Source of the DNA: a bacterium
GTDB taxonomy: Bacteria > Patescibacteriota > UBA1384 > VFKW01
Assembly: GCA_030647355.1 (NCBI GenBank)
Contig: JAUSIS010000006.1
Location: 90,221 to 154,220, forward strand
Direction of reading: 5' to 3'
Length of the DNA: 64,000 bases
Each line of letters opens with the position of its first letter. Positions within the stretch are counted from its first letter, which is position 1. A program made the translations under genes and the position numbers. Shown piece after piece: positions 45,914 to 57,095 of the stretch. The notes below the pieces were generated by a model. It searched no databases. It saw nothing but the letters and a program-made list of their open reading frames with translations, and was not told the DNA's origin.

Positions 45914-46846
45914 TTATGGTTTGTCGAGTTTATCGCTGAGAATCGCCATAATTTCTTTACGCAAAATTAATTTAGGGTAAACGGCAGTGTTTCCTTGGAA
46001 TTGCACATTGAATATTTTTGTTAGTATTTGTTTAGTTAATGGGTCGCTGGTGAAAAAATAAGTTTTCTCTTCTTCTAGGTCAATATTATTAGAAAAAATA
46101 TATTTCAAATTAAGACCAGTTTGTATGTGCTCGAGAATCTTAATAATTTCATTGCCACGTTCGGATAATAATTTATTAACGCCGATTATTTCTAATTGAA
46201 TAATGCTGATCCTATTTTCATTGACTATAAAATGTGCTGTTTCACCTTTTATTCTTTGTTTTAATTTTTCACCGGAAAGGTCCGATTTTGCGAGGAAAAG
46301 TGTTTTTATGAAATCTTTTGGTAATTGTGCGATTTGATTAAGATATTTGGCAGCTTTTATGTCACGCTTTGCTGTTACGTTTCCTTTGAAATTCAGAGTA
46401 TTTGAAACTATAGCTCCGTATAATAAAATCGCTGAGCTTTTGGATATCTCTATATTAGCATTGATAAATTTCTCTATGATTAGCGTTGCTGCGGCGCCAA
46501 CGTATTCGATTTGAACTTTTGCTTTTGGGAATTTATCTGCTTCGTTGAATTTTCTGTGATCGATGATTTCAATAACTCTTTCCGGGGGTATATTTCCTTT
46601 GAGACCACCTAGATCGCTGGCGTCTACCAAGATAATTTCATTGAATGCTTTTGTTTCTTGTATTATAGGTGGGCGTTAGGGTTTAATAAGATTAAATATA
46701 TATTTTGATTCTTCGTTGATATTGCCAATGATCCCTGCTTTAATATGAATGTTATTTTTTTGTAAAAATTCCGAGTAAGCAATAACTGAGGCGGTTCCAT
46801 CTAGATCGGGATCGACATAGCAGGTGACTAATATTGGAGGATTCAT
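45914..46846 (-). pseudogene. Family II Mn-dependent pyrophosphatase (DHH/PpaC-like) with in-frame TAA
   Basis: DPDLDG N-terminal motif upstream of TAA 46676-46678, then LVD, IIDH, VGA.AT, LRKEI in the same frame. Confidence 0.8.
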
Positions 46847-47538
46847 TATTTTGCTTCTCTCACAATAACAATCGGAGTTAATTCGTTGCTTTGTCCGAGC
46901 GGGTTATCAAGAAGTATTTTTCTAGCTATTTCTTTGGTGATCGGGAATCCTTTACTGAAACCTAAAACTTCGCAGTCTATATTGTTGGCGTCTACTATTA
47001 TAGATGGAAGGCCGTATTTTTCCTCGATTTGTTGGCAAAAGCCATCGGGGTCTTCGGGTGCGAGTTTGGCAAATTCATTATATGGCGCCATAGTTGGCGG
47101 ATTGAAGCCGTCTATTTGGGCGATATTATTGCCGGCAATGCGGTAGAAATCCCCTCTTCTACCAAAGAGACGAGTGATAGCGCCAACTATAGAAGCAAAT
47201 ATTATTCTGGCGGTTCCTGCTTGCATAATGGCTACCTGCATTTTACGCGGGTGGGAAAAACCCAGATCATCTGGGAATTTTGTGACTCCTTTGACGATTA
47301 TTTTTGCTAACCAGCTTGGTTTAACGACTGATTCATGCACAACTCTGCCTTGTGAATAGGCGATAACTCTTTCAGAAAGAGCCAGCCAGTCCCCTTTTTT
47401 AGTTTTTGGCAGAACATACTTTTCAAGCAAAGGAAAATAAGGTTCTTTTATATGAATCATGTGGGTGGCAACTGGGATGCGTTCATATTTTTTGCCATCA
47501 ACCTCAATTATTGGTTCTAGTTTTTTCTTTTCGGCCAT
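46846..47538 (-). CDS. Coenzyme F420-0:glutamate ligase (CofE)-like protein
   Basis: SERV..SQGR, IDG, IVDAN, DNPLGQ.NE.TPI. Confidence 0.75.
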   Translation of the reverse strand: MAEKKKLEPIIEVDGKKYERIPVATHMIHIKEPYFPLLEKYVLPKTKKGDWLALSERVIAYSQGRVVHESVVKPSWLAKIIVKGVTKFPDDLGFSHPRKMQVAIMQAGTARIIFASIVGAITRLFGRRGDFYRIAGNNIAQIDGFNPPTMAPYNEFAKLAPEDPDGFCQQIEEKYGLPSIIVDANNIDCEVLGFSKGFPITKEIARKILLDNPLGQSNELTPIVIVREAK

Positions 47539-47648
47539 GAGAGCTCCTTTAAGGTTATTTGGTTTTATTATAGAGTATTCTTAGACTTTATTCTATATGA
47601 AAAAGATACTAAAAAAAGCCGCGCGGAGCGCGGCGTGGGAGTCGAGAG

Positions 47649-48305
47649 TTATTCCTTGGGTGTATTTCGGATAGTTCGGGTGCGATCCTCGATGCGCTTC
47701 ATCATTGAACCTGAGTAGATAATGCACCTACAATCGCTCACATGCCAACCACCGGGTAAGTAAGAGAAATATGGCAGCTTGTCTAGGTTCTCATTCATAT
47801 TCGCCTTCACGCGGGCGACCCACTCGGTGAATTCGCAGTTGATTAACCTGATGTGGTGTGCCACCCCACCGAAACTATATTGATAGGCTCGCCAGTCGCC
47901 GATGGAACTCCACTTTACGGGTATGTCGTTGGTATCTATGATAACGGGAGTTCGGGGACCAGGGAGAAGTCCTATGCCTCGATCGGTGAAGGGCGTGGCA
48001 ATACCTTCCCAGGGATCGCTGCTTGTGCAGGCTGCCTGATAGACGAGAGCCTCAAGCCCACTCTGCACTTCTTTGATCATTGGCTGATCGGGATAGATGA
48101 GAGAAGCCCCAATGAAGGCTACATTGTGCTTCGTCTTGTAGCGAGCGATAGTGACGGTGATGCCCGTGTATAGGTCCTCACCACCAACATGGTATTCGCA
48201 GAACTTGACTTGGAAGGATACCTCAATGGCGTCCGGCAGCACGCGAGCTTTGTCTATGGCTCGTTCTTTCAATGTTCCACCTCCTGCCATATATTGCCCG
48301 ACCAA
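47649..48305 (-). CDS. Hypothetical ORFan
   Basis: 218-aa ORF, GC-richer, terminator at 47611-47634; start uncertain. Confidence 0.6.
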   Translation of the reverse strand: MVGQYMAGGGTLKERAIDKARVLPDAIEVSFQVKFCEYHVGGEDLYTGITVTIARYKTKHNVAFIGASLIYPDQPMIKEVQSGLEALVYQAACTSSDPWEGIATPFTDRGIGLLPGPRTPVIIDTNDIPVKWSSIGDWRAYQYSFGGVAHHIRLINCEFTEWVARVKANMNENLDKLPYFSYLPGGWHVSDCRCIIYSGSMMKRIEDRTRTIRNTPKE

Positions 48306-48408
48306 TGGTCTTTAGGCGGTTAGTCTAGTACTAACACTTTTGGATGGCAGATTGGATTGTGGTTATTGTGTCATTTAATTGTTGATTGGTCAAGTAATAA
48401 AGAGATTG

Positions 48409-49638
48409 TTATTTGAACTCTTCTGGCCTAAAGTAGCGGCGGTCTTGGAGTTCTTCGGGGAGGTACATTTGGTCTTTATGCTTTTCAGGGTCAATCCATT
48501 GGTATCGAATATGGCCTTTGCCGGCGCCGATTTCTTTCATGACCTTATTGGAAGCATTTCTTAAATGTAGAGGAACGGGAGGGATGTGTTCGATTTCGAT
48601 ATCGCGGGATGCTTCCATGTAGGCGGCATAGGTAGCGATAGTCTTGGGACATTTGGCCAGATAGACGGCAACATGGGCGAGGATTATTTGAGCTTCCGGC
48701 ATGCCGATCATTTTGACGGCAGTCATAGCTTCAGTAGCCAAAACCAAAGCGGTGTTATTGGCTAAGTTAATGTCTTCCGAGGCGAAAATAACCATGCGCC
48801 GGGCGATAAAAACCGGATCTTCTCCGCTTTTAAGCATGCGAGCTAACCAATATAAAGTAGCGTCGGGGTCGCCGCCGCGCATGGATTTGATGAAAGCGGA
48901 AATTGTGTCGTAGTGCCAATCCCCTTTTTTGTCATAATAGATGGCTTTTCGCTGAACGGCTTTCTCGGCAGTTTCAAGATCAATATTTTTTGACAATTGA
49001 GCGGCTAGTTCGGCGGCATTGATAGCGCTTCGGGCATCGCCATTGGCGGATTTGGCAATGAACTGAAGAGATTTTTGGTCAAATTTAGTTTTTGGAAAAG
49101 ATAAAATGGCTTTTTTTAGGATTGATAAAATATTTTCTTGGGTAAGTTCGTGTAAATTGAAAACTCTCGAACGGGAGATTAAGGGAGCATTAATAGAAAA
49201 TCCCGGGTTTTCGGTTGTGGCGCCGATTAGAATAATCGTGCCTTTTTCGACATGCGGAAGAAAAGCGTCTTGCTGGGCTTTGTTGAAGCGATGAATTTCG
49301 TCTATGAAAAGAATAGTTTTTTGGTTTTTATCTTCAAGACGTTCTTTGGCTTCGGCGATGACTTTTCTAACCTCCGCTACACCAGAGGTGACAGCGGAGA
49401 ATTCTATATAGTAGCTTTTTGTATAATTTGCGATCAGGCGAGCAATAGTTGTCTTGCCGCACCCAGGAGGTCCCCAAAGGATTAAGGAAGATATTTCTCC
49501 CGATTCGATAAGATGTCGCAGAGGTTTACCCTCGCCTAGTAAATGTTCTTGGCCGGCAACTTCATCCAGTGTAGTGGGGCGAAGCCTTTCAGCTAAGGGG
49601 GTATTAGTATTATTTGAATTTTCTTGAAATTTGTTCAT
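48409..49638 (-). CDS. rarA: Replication-associated recombination protein A (MgsA)
   Basis: [46 protein letters not shown]. Confidence 0.97.
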   Translation of the reverse strand: MNKFQENSNNTNTPLAERLRPTTLDEVAGQEHLLGEGKPLRHLIESGEISSLILWGPPGCGKTTIARLIANYTKSYYIEFSAVTSGVAEVRKVIAEAKERLEDKNQKTILFIDEIHRFNKAQQDAFLPHVEKGTIILIGATTENPGFSINAPLISRSRVFNLHELTQENILSILKKAILSFPKTKFDQKSLQFIAKSANGDARSAINAAELAAQLSKNIDLETAEKAVQRKAIYYDKKGDWHYDTISAFIKSMRGGDPDATLYWLARMLKSGEDPVFIARRMVIFASEDINLANNTALVLATEAMTAVKMIGMPEAQIILAHVAVYLAKCPKTIATYAAYMEASRDIEIEHIPPVPLHLRNASNKVMKEIGAGKGHIRYQWIDPEKHKDQMYLPEELQDRRYFRPEEFK

Positions 49639-49843
49639 ATGGTTGGATTATAGCACAATTGGGTTAATTTTGATGTATTTTGTTGAGAATTTAATAGGAG
49701 TTACAAAATTATACCTGATGGATTTACCCTCGAGGTATTGACAGGTTATCTTGGCTATGGTATAATTCTCATTGTTCTTGTGTATAGCAGGAGCTTTTTA
49801 TTTAGCTCATGCTGCGTGAGGACTGAAAGGACTTTTAACTATT

Positions 49844-50548
49844 ATGTTAACTCAACTCTTAAGGAGGGTTGAGGGGACGATAATTAAACAATACAGAGGT
49901 ATTGTTAAAGTAACGAAAAATTTCTACAAAACATCAAATAAGAGAATTAAAAAGGTTAATAGAAAATATGTTCAAAAAATTGTTTCTAGTTCATTAGCCA
50001 TAAAAATGGTTGGTTATGTCACTCTATTTATAGCTATGTCTTCCAGTATGCAGGTTGCCGGGGGTGAAAGTCAGATATGGGCTTCTAACTTGCGTTTCGA
50101 TAAAACACAAGTTATTCCTATCTCTTTGCCGGCAAAACAGATTGATATTAAAATCGAACCTATACCGGTTCCTCAGCCTGTAAAGAAAGTTAGTATATCT
50201 AGGGTTGAAGTAGCTCGTGAGCGTGCCGTTGTACCTGCGTTATCGGCTCCAGCTTCTAATATTGATGTTAAGGCATATGCTAGAGCGAGAAGTGATGAGA
50301 TGTTTGGTGTGGGGCATTGGTCTTCTCTTGAGGCATTGTGGGCAAGAGAGTCGGGCTGGAATTATAGGGCTTATAACCGTTATTCCGGTGCATGTGGTAT
50401 TCCTCAGGCTATGCCTTGTAGCAAGGGTGGTGCTAACTTTAGAAATGATCCTAAGCAACAGATTGAATGGGGCTTAAGGTATATCTCTGGTAGGTATGGT
50501 AATCCTTCTAGGGCATGGGGTTTCTGGTTAAGCCGTCATTGGTACTAA
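49844..50548 (+). CDS. SLT/lysozyme-like lytic transglycosylase
   Basis: LWARESGW..A.N..SGA.GIPQA, QIEWGL.YI..RYG.P..AW; TTGACA(49738)-17-TATAAT promoter. Confidence 0.9.
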   Translation: MLTQLLRRVEGTIIKQYRGIVKVTKNFYKTSNKRIKKVNRKYVQKIVSSSLAIKMVGYVTLFIAMSSSMQVAGGESQIWASNLRFDKTQVIPISLPAKQIDIKIEPIPVPQPVKKVSISRVEVARERAVVPALSAPASNIDVKAYARARSDEMFGVGHWSSLEALWARESGWNYRAYNRYSGACGIPQAMPCSKGGANFRNDPKQQIEWGLRYISGRYGNPSRAWGFWLSRHWY

Positions 50549-50555
50549 TAGGAAA

Positions 50556-50585
50556 ACAAAAAACCGCCGAGAGGCGGTTTTTTGT
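50556..50585. terminator. Bidirectional terminator
   Basis: ACAAAAAACCGCC-GAGA-GGCGGTTTTTTGT. Confidence 0.9.
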
Positions 50586-50599
50586 AACAGCTCTAATTA

Positions 50600-51676
50600 C
50601 TATGGAGTGAATGTAACTGGCGCTGTTGGTCGAACGACGGCTATCCAGGTTTGCCCGCGGTTGAAAGTGATTAGGTTGCCTGCGCTGTCTTTAAATTCGG
50701 TGCGAGATTTTGATGAAGATTTTGACCAAGTTGTGAGCGTCATTTTTCCGTCTATAAAGGATTTGGCATTACCGGAGCCGATAGTTTGGGCATCGTGATC
50801 TTTTTTGCCGGATTTGTATATCTCGCTGACATATTGGACTACGATGTTTTTAGGGGCTATCTGAACGCCTGATACACGGTCTTTGTGCGGAGAACCGGCT
50901 TGGAACCGCAAGAATGAGTTTGTTGAAGGATTGTAGGTGAATTTTACGGCATATGTTGAATTGCCGGAGAAATCTATTGAAAGAGTTCCGCTAGCTGGTC
51001 TTTCGGCAACAGGCGCATCATCTTTAAACTTGTAGGCAGTGAAACTGCCGGTTTGCGGCCAACCCCTTTTGACACTATATTCATATAGTTTAGCGGTTGT
51101 TGTATAGCCGTTATGTGGTGCTGAACGGCTAGAATCCCTCCAAAAATAGGGCTGGCCGATTTTCATGGCATCAATATCTTTTACGGAGTTATTGGCGATT
51201 TTATGGAGTGCATCGTTTGCCCCGCCCCAGTGAGCGTAGAATGCATCATATTCCTCTGCCCAGTCTACATAATATGTGCGGGCAGATCTGACTGGCCCGA
51301 CTTTAGCAGGAATTACCGGTCCGTATATTGCCATAAATCTAGTTATACCACCCTCTACTAATGTTTCATAAACGATAGAAGCATCGGTTAATCCGGTTTG
51401 GGGGCGGGCTTGTGGGTGATTTTCTATTATTATAGCAAGAGGATGCCGGTTCGCTATTGAGGGATCTACCATAGTTCCATCGAGCGGAGCTTCGGCAAGA
51501 ATCGGCTTAGGCGGTTCCGCTGGTTTTGCGGCAGCCGGTGATTCTTTTTTGGGAGTTTCTTTTTTGGTGGTTTGTTTTTGAGACGGGTAATATCTTAGAT
51601 AGGCAAGAATACTGATGGCGATAAGCATTGCAGCAATGCCTACGATCAGTAGGATTTTTTTCTGCTTGGGGCTCAT
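50600..51676 (-). CDS. DUF3048 (YerB-like) membrane-anchored protein
   Basis: IENHPQARPQ.GL, VEGGITRF, GPVRSAR, APHN. Confidence 0.9.
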   Translation of the reverse strand: MSPKQKKILLIVGIAAMLIAISILAYLRYYPSQKQTTKKETPKKESPAAAKPAEPPKPILAEAPLDGTMVDPSIANRHPLAIIIENHPQARPQTGLTDASIVYETLVEGGITRFMAIYGPVIPAKVGPVRSARTYYVDWAEEYDAFYAHWGGANDALHKIANNSVKDIDAMKIGQPYFWRDSSRSAPHNGYTTTAKLYEYSVKRGWPQTGSFTAYKFKDDAPVAERPASGTLSIDFSGNSTYAVKFTYNPSTNSFLRFQAGSPHKDRVSGVQIAPKNIVVQYVSEIYKSGKKDHDAQTIGSGNAKSFIDGKMTLTTWSKSSSKSRTEFKDSAGNLITFNRGQTWIAVVRPTAPVTFTP

Positions 51677-51692
51677 ATAGCTCCTTAATTAT

Positions 51693-54422
51693 TTATATTT
51701 TATATTTTTCTTTGCGATTACGAAAGTACTTCTCGATTTCGACTACAAGTATTACTGTTAAGGAAACCAAAATAATACTTATCCATTGAGTCAGGCTTAG
51801 AGCAGTCGTGTAGAAAATTTTCTGGAAAAATGGCGAATAAACGGCGAAAATTGTCAGGATAAATGCTGCGAAGAAAGATATGGCAACATAAGCATTGTGA
51901 AAAATTTTAGTATCAATGACTGATCGGGTGAGAGAGCGGCAGTTAAACATATTGATGAGCTGGAATAAAATCATAGTAACGAAAGCGACAGTTCTGGCTT
52001 GTTCGTACCCTGAGTTATGGAGTTCGCGATTAAATAGATATGTAGTGCCGAGCGCCATAGTTAGAGATACTAGTAAGATTCGCCAGCGGATAACGTTATC
52101 TAGTATTGGTGTGTTTGGTTTTCGCGGAGGAGATTTCATTATATTGTCATGCTTGGGTTCTAAGGCGAGCGGAATAACGGCAAAACCGTCGGTGATTAAA
52201 TTTATCCAGAGAATTTGCAAAGGTAAGACTGGTAAGACGTATTCGCCTGGCTTACCGGGTAGACTTATGCCGATTATTAAAGGGAGCATGATGACAAAAA
52301 TTTCTCCTATATTAGTAGAGAGAAGGTATAGCAAAACTCTTTTTATATTATTATAAATTGCCCTTCCTTCGCTGATAGCTGCTATGATGGTTGCGAAATT
52401 ATCATTGGCAAGTACCATACTAGCGGCTTCACGGGAAACATCCGTGCCTGTTTTTCCCATTGCGATACCTATATCAGCTTGTTTGAGGGCGGCTGAGTCA
52501 TTAATGCCATCTCCGGTGACGGCTACAATATGACCTTGTTTTTGAAATTGTTTGACTAATTGTAATTTTTGCAGTGGAGAGATTCTGGAATAGACATTGC
52601 AATACTTCGTCACCTTATTTAGTTCAGCTACTGACATTTTTTCTAAGATATCACCTGTGATAACCGAATTACTACTATCTACAATCGGTTCGTTTGAAAT
52701 ATCGATATTGGATGCGACGCTTTGGGCGGTTAGGGCGTGGTCGCCAGTTACCATTGCAACTCGAATTCCGGCACGATGGGCTTGTTGAATTGCCAAGGGC
52801 ACTTCTCTTCGAGGTGAATCTTTCATTGCGCATATTCCGAGCAGTGTTGCTCCGATGAGGTCCTTTTCAGATACTTTCTCTGAAGTCTCGATATTTTTTT
52901 CGGCGAGCATAAGAACACGGTATCCTTGCGAGGACAATTCGCGGGCTTTTCCCATGATTGTTTTTTTATTTTTAGCCGGCAGACTGATTTTCCTATTATT
53001 GCAGTAATACGAACTACACAAGGTAATAATTTTTTCAGCTGCCCCCTTTATTGCAACAATATCGCCGTCACCAGGATATTTATGTAGGGTAGCCATAAAG
53101 CGTTTAGTGGTGTGAAATGGTATTTCGTCAATTCTTGGGTATATTTCTTCGATTTCCGATTTGATTATATTCATTTTGGCAGCGGCGACGGTAATTGATC
53201 CTTCAGTGGGATCACCAATTATTTTCCATTCGTCTTTCTCTTTAATTAAATTAGAATCATTGCATAAAACGCCCGCAGTTAGCAATTTTGCCAGAGCTTT
53301 ATGTTCGTCTTGTTTAATTTTTTCGCCATTGAGTTCAATGTTGCCGATTGGGGTATAGCCATCTCCTTCTATATTGTACTGGCTATCGGGAATGAATATT
53401 TTTTCGATAGACATCTCACCTCTAGTTAATGTGCCGGTTTTGTCAGTGGCTACCAGTGTCACGGCGCCTAAGGTTTCGACAGCTGGTAGATAGCGAATAA
53501 TAGCTTTTTTTTGCGCCATAGCTCGAACGCCTAAGGCAAGAGTGATTGTCATGACGGCCGGTAGGCCTTCGGGGATTGCTGAAACGGCTAAATTTATCGC
53601 AGTGAGGAACATATCCACGGCATCTAATTTTCTCCAAAAACCGATGATTAAGAGGACGACCATTGTGGCGAGAATAACGTAGATTAGTTGTTTTGAGAGG
53701 TCTTTCAGCTCTTTTTCCAGTGGAGATTCTGGTGGATCGGCTAGTTGAATTGATTTAGCTATTTTACCAAATTCGGTATTTTCTCCAATTGCCACAACTA
53801 CTCCCCTGCCGCGGCCAGAAACGACAAATGTTCCTGAATAGGCGATGTTGCGGCGATCGGATATTACGGTATCTTTTGGTAGAGTTTTTGTGTTTTTTGT
53901 CGGGGGGATTGACTCACCTGTTAGAATAGATTCGTCAATTCTAAGATCAACGCTTTCTATGATACGCAGATCTGCAGGGATCTTGGCGCCCGGTTCTATT
54001 ATTACAATATCACCCAACGCTAAGTTAGTGGCAGGGATTTCGGTGAGCTCTTTGTCGCGCAGGACTTTGCAGTTTGTTATAAGGAATGTATCCAGTTTAG
54101 TAAGGGATTTTGAGGCTTTAATCTCTTGGAAATATCCAATGAGACCGTTGGAGATGACAATGAAAAGAATAACAAGAGTATCAACATAATGACCGATGAC
54201 CAGAGTAATAAGGGCGACAATAATTAATATATATATAAGGGGGTTGGCAAACTGCTCCAGTAATATCTGGGTGTTTGTTTTGGGTTGGGCTTTCGATATT
54301 TCATTGGCCCCGTGTTTTTTTAGATTCTCTGACGCCGACTTAGAAGTAAGCCCATTTTGCGATGTTTCAAGAACATTAAAAATTTGGTCTATTTCTAGAT
54401 CGTGCCACTCATAATCCAACAT
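51693..54422 (-). CDS. P-type cation ATPase (P2A, Ca2+-type)
   Basis: TGES, PEGL, DKTGTLT, GDGIND, QILWINL.TD. Confidence 0.95.
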   Translation of the reverse strand: MLDYEWHDLEIDQIFNVLETSQNGLTSKSASENLKKHGANEISKAQPKTNTQILLEQFANPLIYILIIVALITLVIGHYVDTLVILFIVISNGLIGYFQEIKASKSLTKLDTFLITNCKVLRDKELTEIPATNLALGDIVIIEPGAKIPADLRIIESVDLRIDESILTGESIPPTKNTKTLPKDTVISDRRNIAYSGTFVVSGRGRGVVVAIGENTEFGKIAKSIQLADPPESPLEKELKDLSKQLIYVILATMVVLLIIGFWRKLDAVDMFLTAINLAVSAIPEGLPAVMTITLALGVRAMAQKKAIIRYLPAVETLGAVTLVATDKTGTLTRGEMSIEKIFIPDSQYNIEGDGYTPIGNIELNGEKIKQDEHKALAKLLTAGVLCNDSNLIKEKDEWKIIGDPTEGSITVAAAKMNIIKSEIEEIYPRIDEIPFHTTKRFMATLHKYPGDGDIVAIKGAAEKIITLCSSYYCNNRKISLPAKNKKTIMGKARELSSQGYRVLMLAEKNIETSEKVSEKDLIGATLLGICAMKDSPRREVPLAIQQAHRAGIRVAMVTGDHALTAQSVASNIDISNEPIVDSSNSVITGDILEKMSVAELNKVTKYCNVYSRISPLQKLQLVKQFQKQGHIVAVTGDGINDSAALKQADIGIAMGKTGTDVSREAASMVLANDNFATIIAAISEGRAIYNNIKRVLLYLLSTNIGEIFVIMLPLIIGISLPGKPGEYVLPVLPLQILWINLITDGFAVIPLALEPKHDNIMKSPPRKPNTPILDNVIRWRILLVSLTMALGTTYLFNRELHNSGYEQARTVAFVTMILFQLINMFNCRSLTRSVIDTKIFHNAYVAISFFAAFILTIFAVYSPFFQKIFYTTALSLTQWISIILVSLTVILVVEIEKYFRNRKEKYKI

Positions 54423-54626
54423 ACTCCCCTCTCGTACGTCTATGGTTAAACTATCTAATAATATTTTAACATAAGATATATATAATGAGAACTCTTTTTT
54501 TATATTGTTATTACTTTGTGGGAAGCTATCAAGCTTGACTTATATGGTTGAATGTGGTATAAATTCAGTACAATACCCAAATCCCACGAAGGGTAAATCA
54601 GTTTCGGGCAAGGAGGATCCAGTAGG

Positions 54627-55583
54627 ATGGGTGTGCAGAATGGCAAGGGTGTAGGAAGTGTAAATGAGGGGATTGTGGAGATTACGCTTCCGGTTGCTAC
54701 GGCTACTTTGTTTGAGGGGATGCTGGGCTATGCCGTGGAGTTTGATAACGGCGTAGGAACGGAACAGCGCTATCCTCTCAGTAATGGAGCCGAATCGGGC
54801 GATGAAGACTATGTTCCGACGGTCCATGAACTAGCTCGAGTTCTCGGAATCGATCGGCCAGAGTGGAAGATGTTCGCTCTTATCCGCTCGGGTATAGTTG
54901 CTCCGCTGCATGATAGTCGAGTAGCGAGTGATGAATCTATTCTGAGTGCCTTCCCCGGTAATCGGGTATTTATCAAGGGGATGGTCGAGCCAACGATCTT
55001 TAGGTTGGCAAGGGCCAAGGTGGTCAAGATAGAGAGAGGCGGCGGCAAATCGTTTGGAGACTGTTTCGCGACCAGTAGTTGGGGTGGATACGATGAGATC
55101 AGTCCAAGGCTGGCGACGATCTTCTCCTATCTCGAACGGGACATACCTAAGGATGCTAATGGATGGTTTGATCCGCAAGGTAAGCTCTATCGGGCGATAG
55201 CTGCAAATCGCAATGTAAGTGAGAACTTCGCTGCGGCAACTTTGCGGTATTTCGCCGACGTAGGAGTTCTGGAAGCAAAGGGGAATTCGCATTGCTTCTA
55301 CCGAATCTACCCTGCTTTGACTGAACAGGAGGCTGGATATAAGTTGCCGTACGATATCCCACTGGGGTATTTCTGCGATCTGACTATGACAGAGATACAC
55401 AGCGATCCACTACTCCTGAAGTGCTGGGAGGACACAGTTGCGGCTACTCGCCGACTGAATAGGTTGGTTATCGAGAAGCAGGCTTTGGAGCAACTGATTG
55501 TTGATCGTACTGGTCGGGCGCAGCGAGTCCATCGGGCAAACGAGGCGCGGCAGAAAGCCGCCGAGGGGCTGGATATCGCGTAA
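54627..55583 (+). CDS. Hypothetical ORFan (possible winged-helix segment, coiled-coil tail)
   Basis: AGGAGG RBS region, own promoter-like sequence; LRYFADVGVL...YRI. Confidence 0.65.
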   Translation: MGVQNGKGVGSVNEGIVEITLPVATATLFEGMLGYAVEFDNGVGTEQRYPLSNGAESGDEDYVPTVHELARVLGIDRPEWKMFALIRSGIVAPLHDSRVASDESILSAFPGNRVFIKGMVEPTIFRLARAKVVKIERGGGKSFGDCFATSSWGGYDEISPRLATIFSYLERDIPKDANGWFDPQGKLYRAIAANRNVSENFAAATLRYFADVGVLEAKGNSHCFYRIYPALTEQEAGYKLPYDIPLGYFCDLTMTEIHSDPLLLKCWEDTVAATRRLNRLVIEKQALEQLIVDRTGRAQRVHRANEARQKAAEGLDIA

Positions 55584-55638
55584 GTCTTAGAAAGTCCGAA
55601 GCTGGAAGGCGGAGGACTTATTTTTTTACCTCAGTGAC

Positions 55639-57044
55639 TGTTAGCGCAATATAGTAATGTCCGCTTTTAGCAATTTAGAAATGTCCCTTTTTTGGTGCAC
55701 AATGACAAACTTTTTCCATGGATGATTTGCTTTCGGCGTCCAGGGAATTTGCGGATTTTCTTTCTCCTTTCTTTTTACAATTATTAGTTTTTGCGGTCTT
55801 TGGGCTATTTCTTTAAAGTTCAGAGTGCTCTTGCCTTGGTGGATGGTTATTGTTCCGTCTAGGTGTTGCCAGACTTCAACTGTTTCTTTGGGATAGAGGA
55901 TGGTCGGTTGTTTTGGAAGTAGTTGTAACCATCTGGTTTTGTAGGCAGTGGTGTAGTCGTGATTAATCTTCCGCTCCTCTTTGATGCAGAAAATACTATT
56001 AAGATCGTATCCTTCAATACTTTGATGCAGATTAGTTTTACTTTGGGGCTCTTCGGCGAATCTGGCATTATGCAAGGCAATATATTGTTCATTTAAGTAC
56101 TTGTTAGCCTCCTCAATTGACGAGATACCCTTAAGTCTTAATTCTTTCACCAGACGATCCTGGAGAGTGCCAAAGAGACGTTCTACCCGTCCTTTGGCCT
56201 GAGGGCTTCTGGCATAGATCGGAGCAATATCCAGCTCTTCTAGTGCTCGGCCATACTGGGTTAATTTGTCATCGTTAGGGTTATTGAGATTTACTTTGTA
56301 AACTCCGCCACGATCCATATAGAAGGCCGCCGGCTTACCATGAGTTTCTAGATAAGTCCTAGTTGTTCTCATTAGATTTTCCGTCGTCTCCCCGGTCGTG
56401 AATTCCAGATAAACTATCCGGCTGGTGGCATCATCGATGAAGGCAATTAGGGTGCATTTAGACGCCTTGTTTTCAAACCAGGCATGAACAGAGCCATCTA
56501 GCTGGACTAGCTCGCCATAGCATTCCTTGCGCTCGCGCATTTGCCGTGCTTGGGCTTTTCTTTTTTTAAATGTCCATAGTGATTCGTTGATCATTTTTAA
56601 TCTCAAAGATTCGTGATTGACCAGTATATGGTGGTTTTCTTGCAATTTCTCCGAGGCAAAGGTTGGCCCGAAGTCGGCGTATTTATCTTTGACCAAGGTA
56701 ATTATTTCTGTCCAGAACTCATCGGCAAAACGATGGTTGCTTGGTTTCCCCCGGCTTTTATTAACCAGGCTTATTTCTCCGGATAGGCGATAGCTCTTTA
56801 ATTTTCGTCTTATCTGACGGGTACTTAGATTTAATATCTTAGCGGCTTCATGTTGTTTCATTTGTTTTTCCTTTAATTTCTCAAATACATTAATCTGTCC
56901 TATTTCCCTACGGCTCATATTGAATGTCTCCACTTTACCTTTCATCCCACCATTTAAGTTAACTAAACATCATAACCTAAAAGCCGGAGAAAGAGGACAT
57001 TCCTATGTTGCTCATTAATAGGACATTACTATATTGCGCTAACA
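55639..57044 (-). mobile_element. IS1202-like (ISNCY, IS481-related) insertion sequence, 1406 bp
   Basis: Perfect 24-bp TIR TGTTAGCGCAATATAGTAATGTCC with TGT ends; sub-terminal AATGTCC repeats; no target-site duplication visible. Confidence 0.9.
55641..56945 (-). CDS. DDE transposase
   Basis: N-terminal HTH, GELVQLDGS.H.WF, IDDATS, PQAKGRVER.F.TLQDRL, HPW; stop lies inside the TIR. Confidence 0.95.
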   Translation of the reverse strand: MKGKVETFNMSRREIGQINVFEKLKEKQMKQHEAAKILNLSTRQIRRKLKSYRLSGEISLVNKSRGKPSNHRFADEFWTEIITLVKDKYADFGPTFASEKLQENHHILVNHESLRLKMINESLWTFKKRKAQARQMRERKECYGELVQLDGSVHAWFENKASKCTLIAFIDDATSRIVYLEFTTGETTENLMRTTRTYLETHGKPAAFYMDRGGVYKVNLNNPNDDKLTQYGRALEELDIAPIYARSPQAKGRVERLFGTLQDRLVKELRLKGISSIEEANKYLNEQYIALHNARFAEEPQSKTNLHQSIEGYDLNSIFCIKEERKINHDYTTAYKTRWLQLLPKQPTILYPKETVEVWQHLDGTITIHQGKSTLNFKEIAQRPQKLIIVKRKEKENPQIPWTPKANHPWKKFVIVHQKRDISKLLKADITILR

Positions 57045-57095
57045 AACCAAGCAGGCGGTATTGACAAATCGGATTTTTTATGCTATTATACACAA

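Noticed and set aside
49770-49843. c-di-AMP (ydaO) riboswitch upstream of the lytic transglycosylase
   Set aside because: The leader is short, with one hairpin and no GCUGAAUCC/GGAAC motifs.
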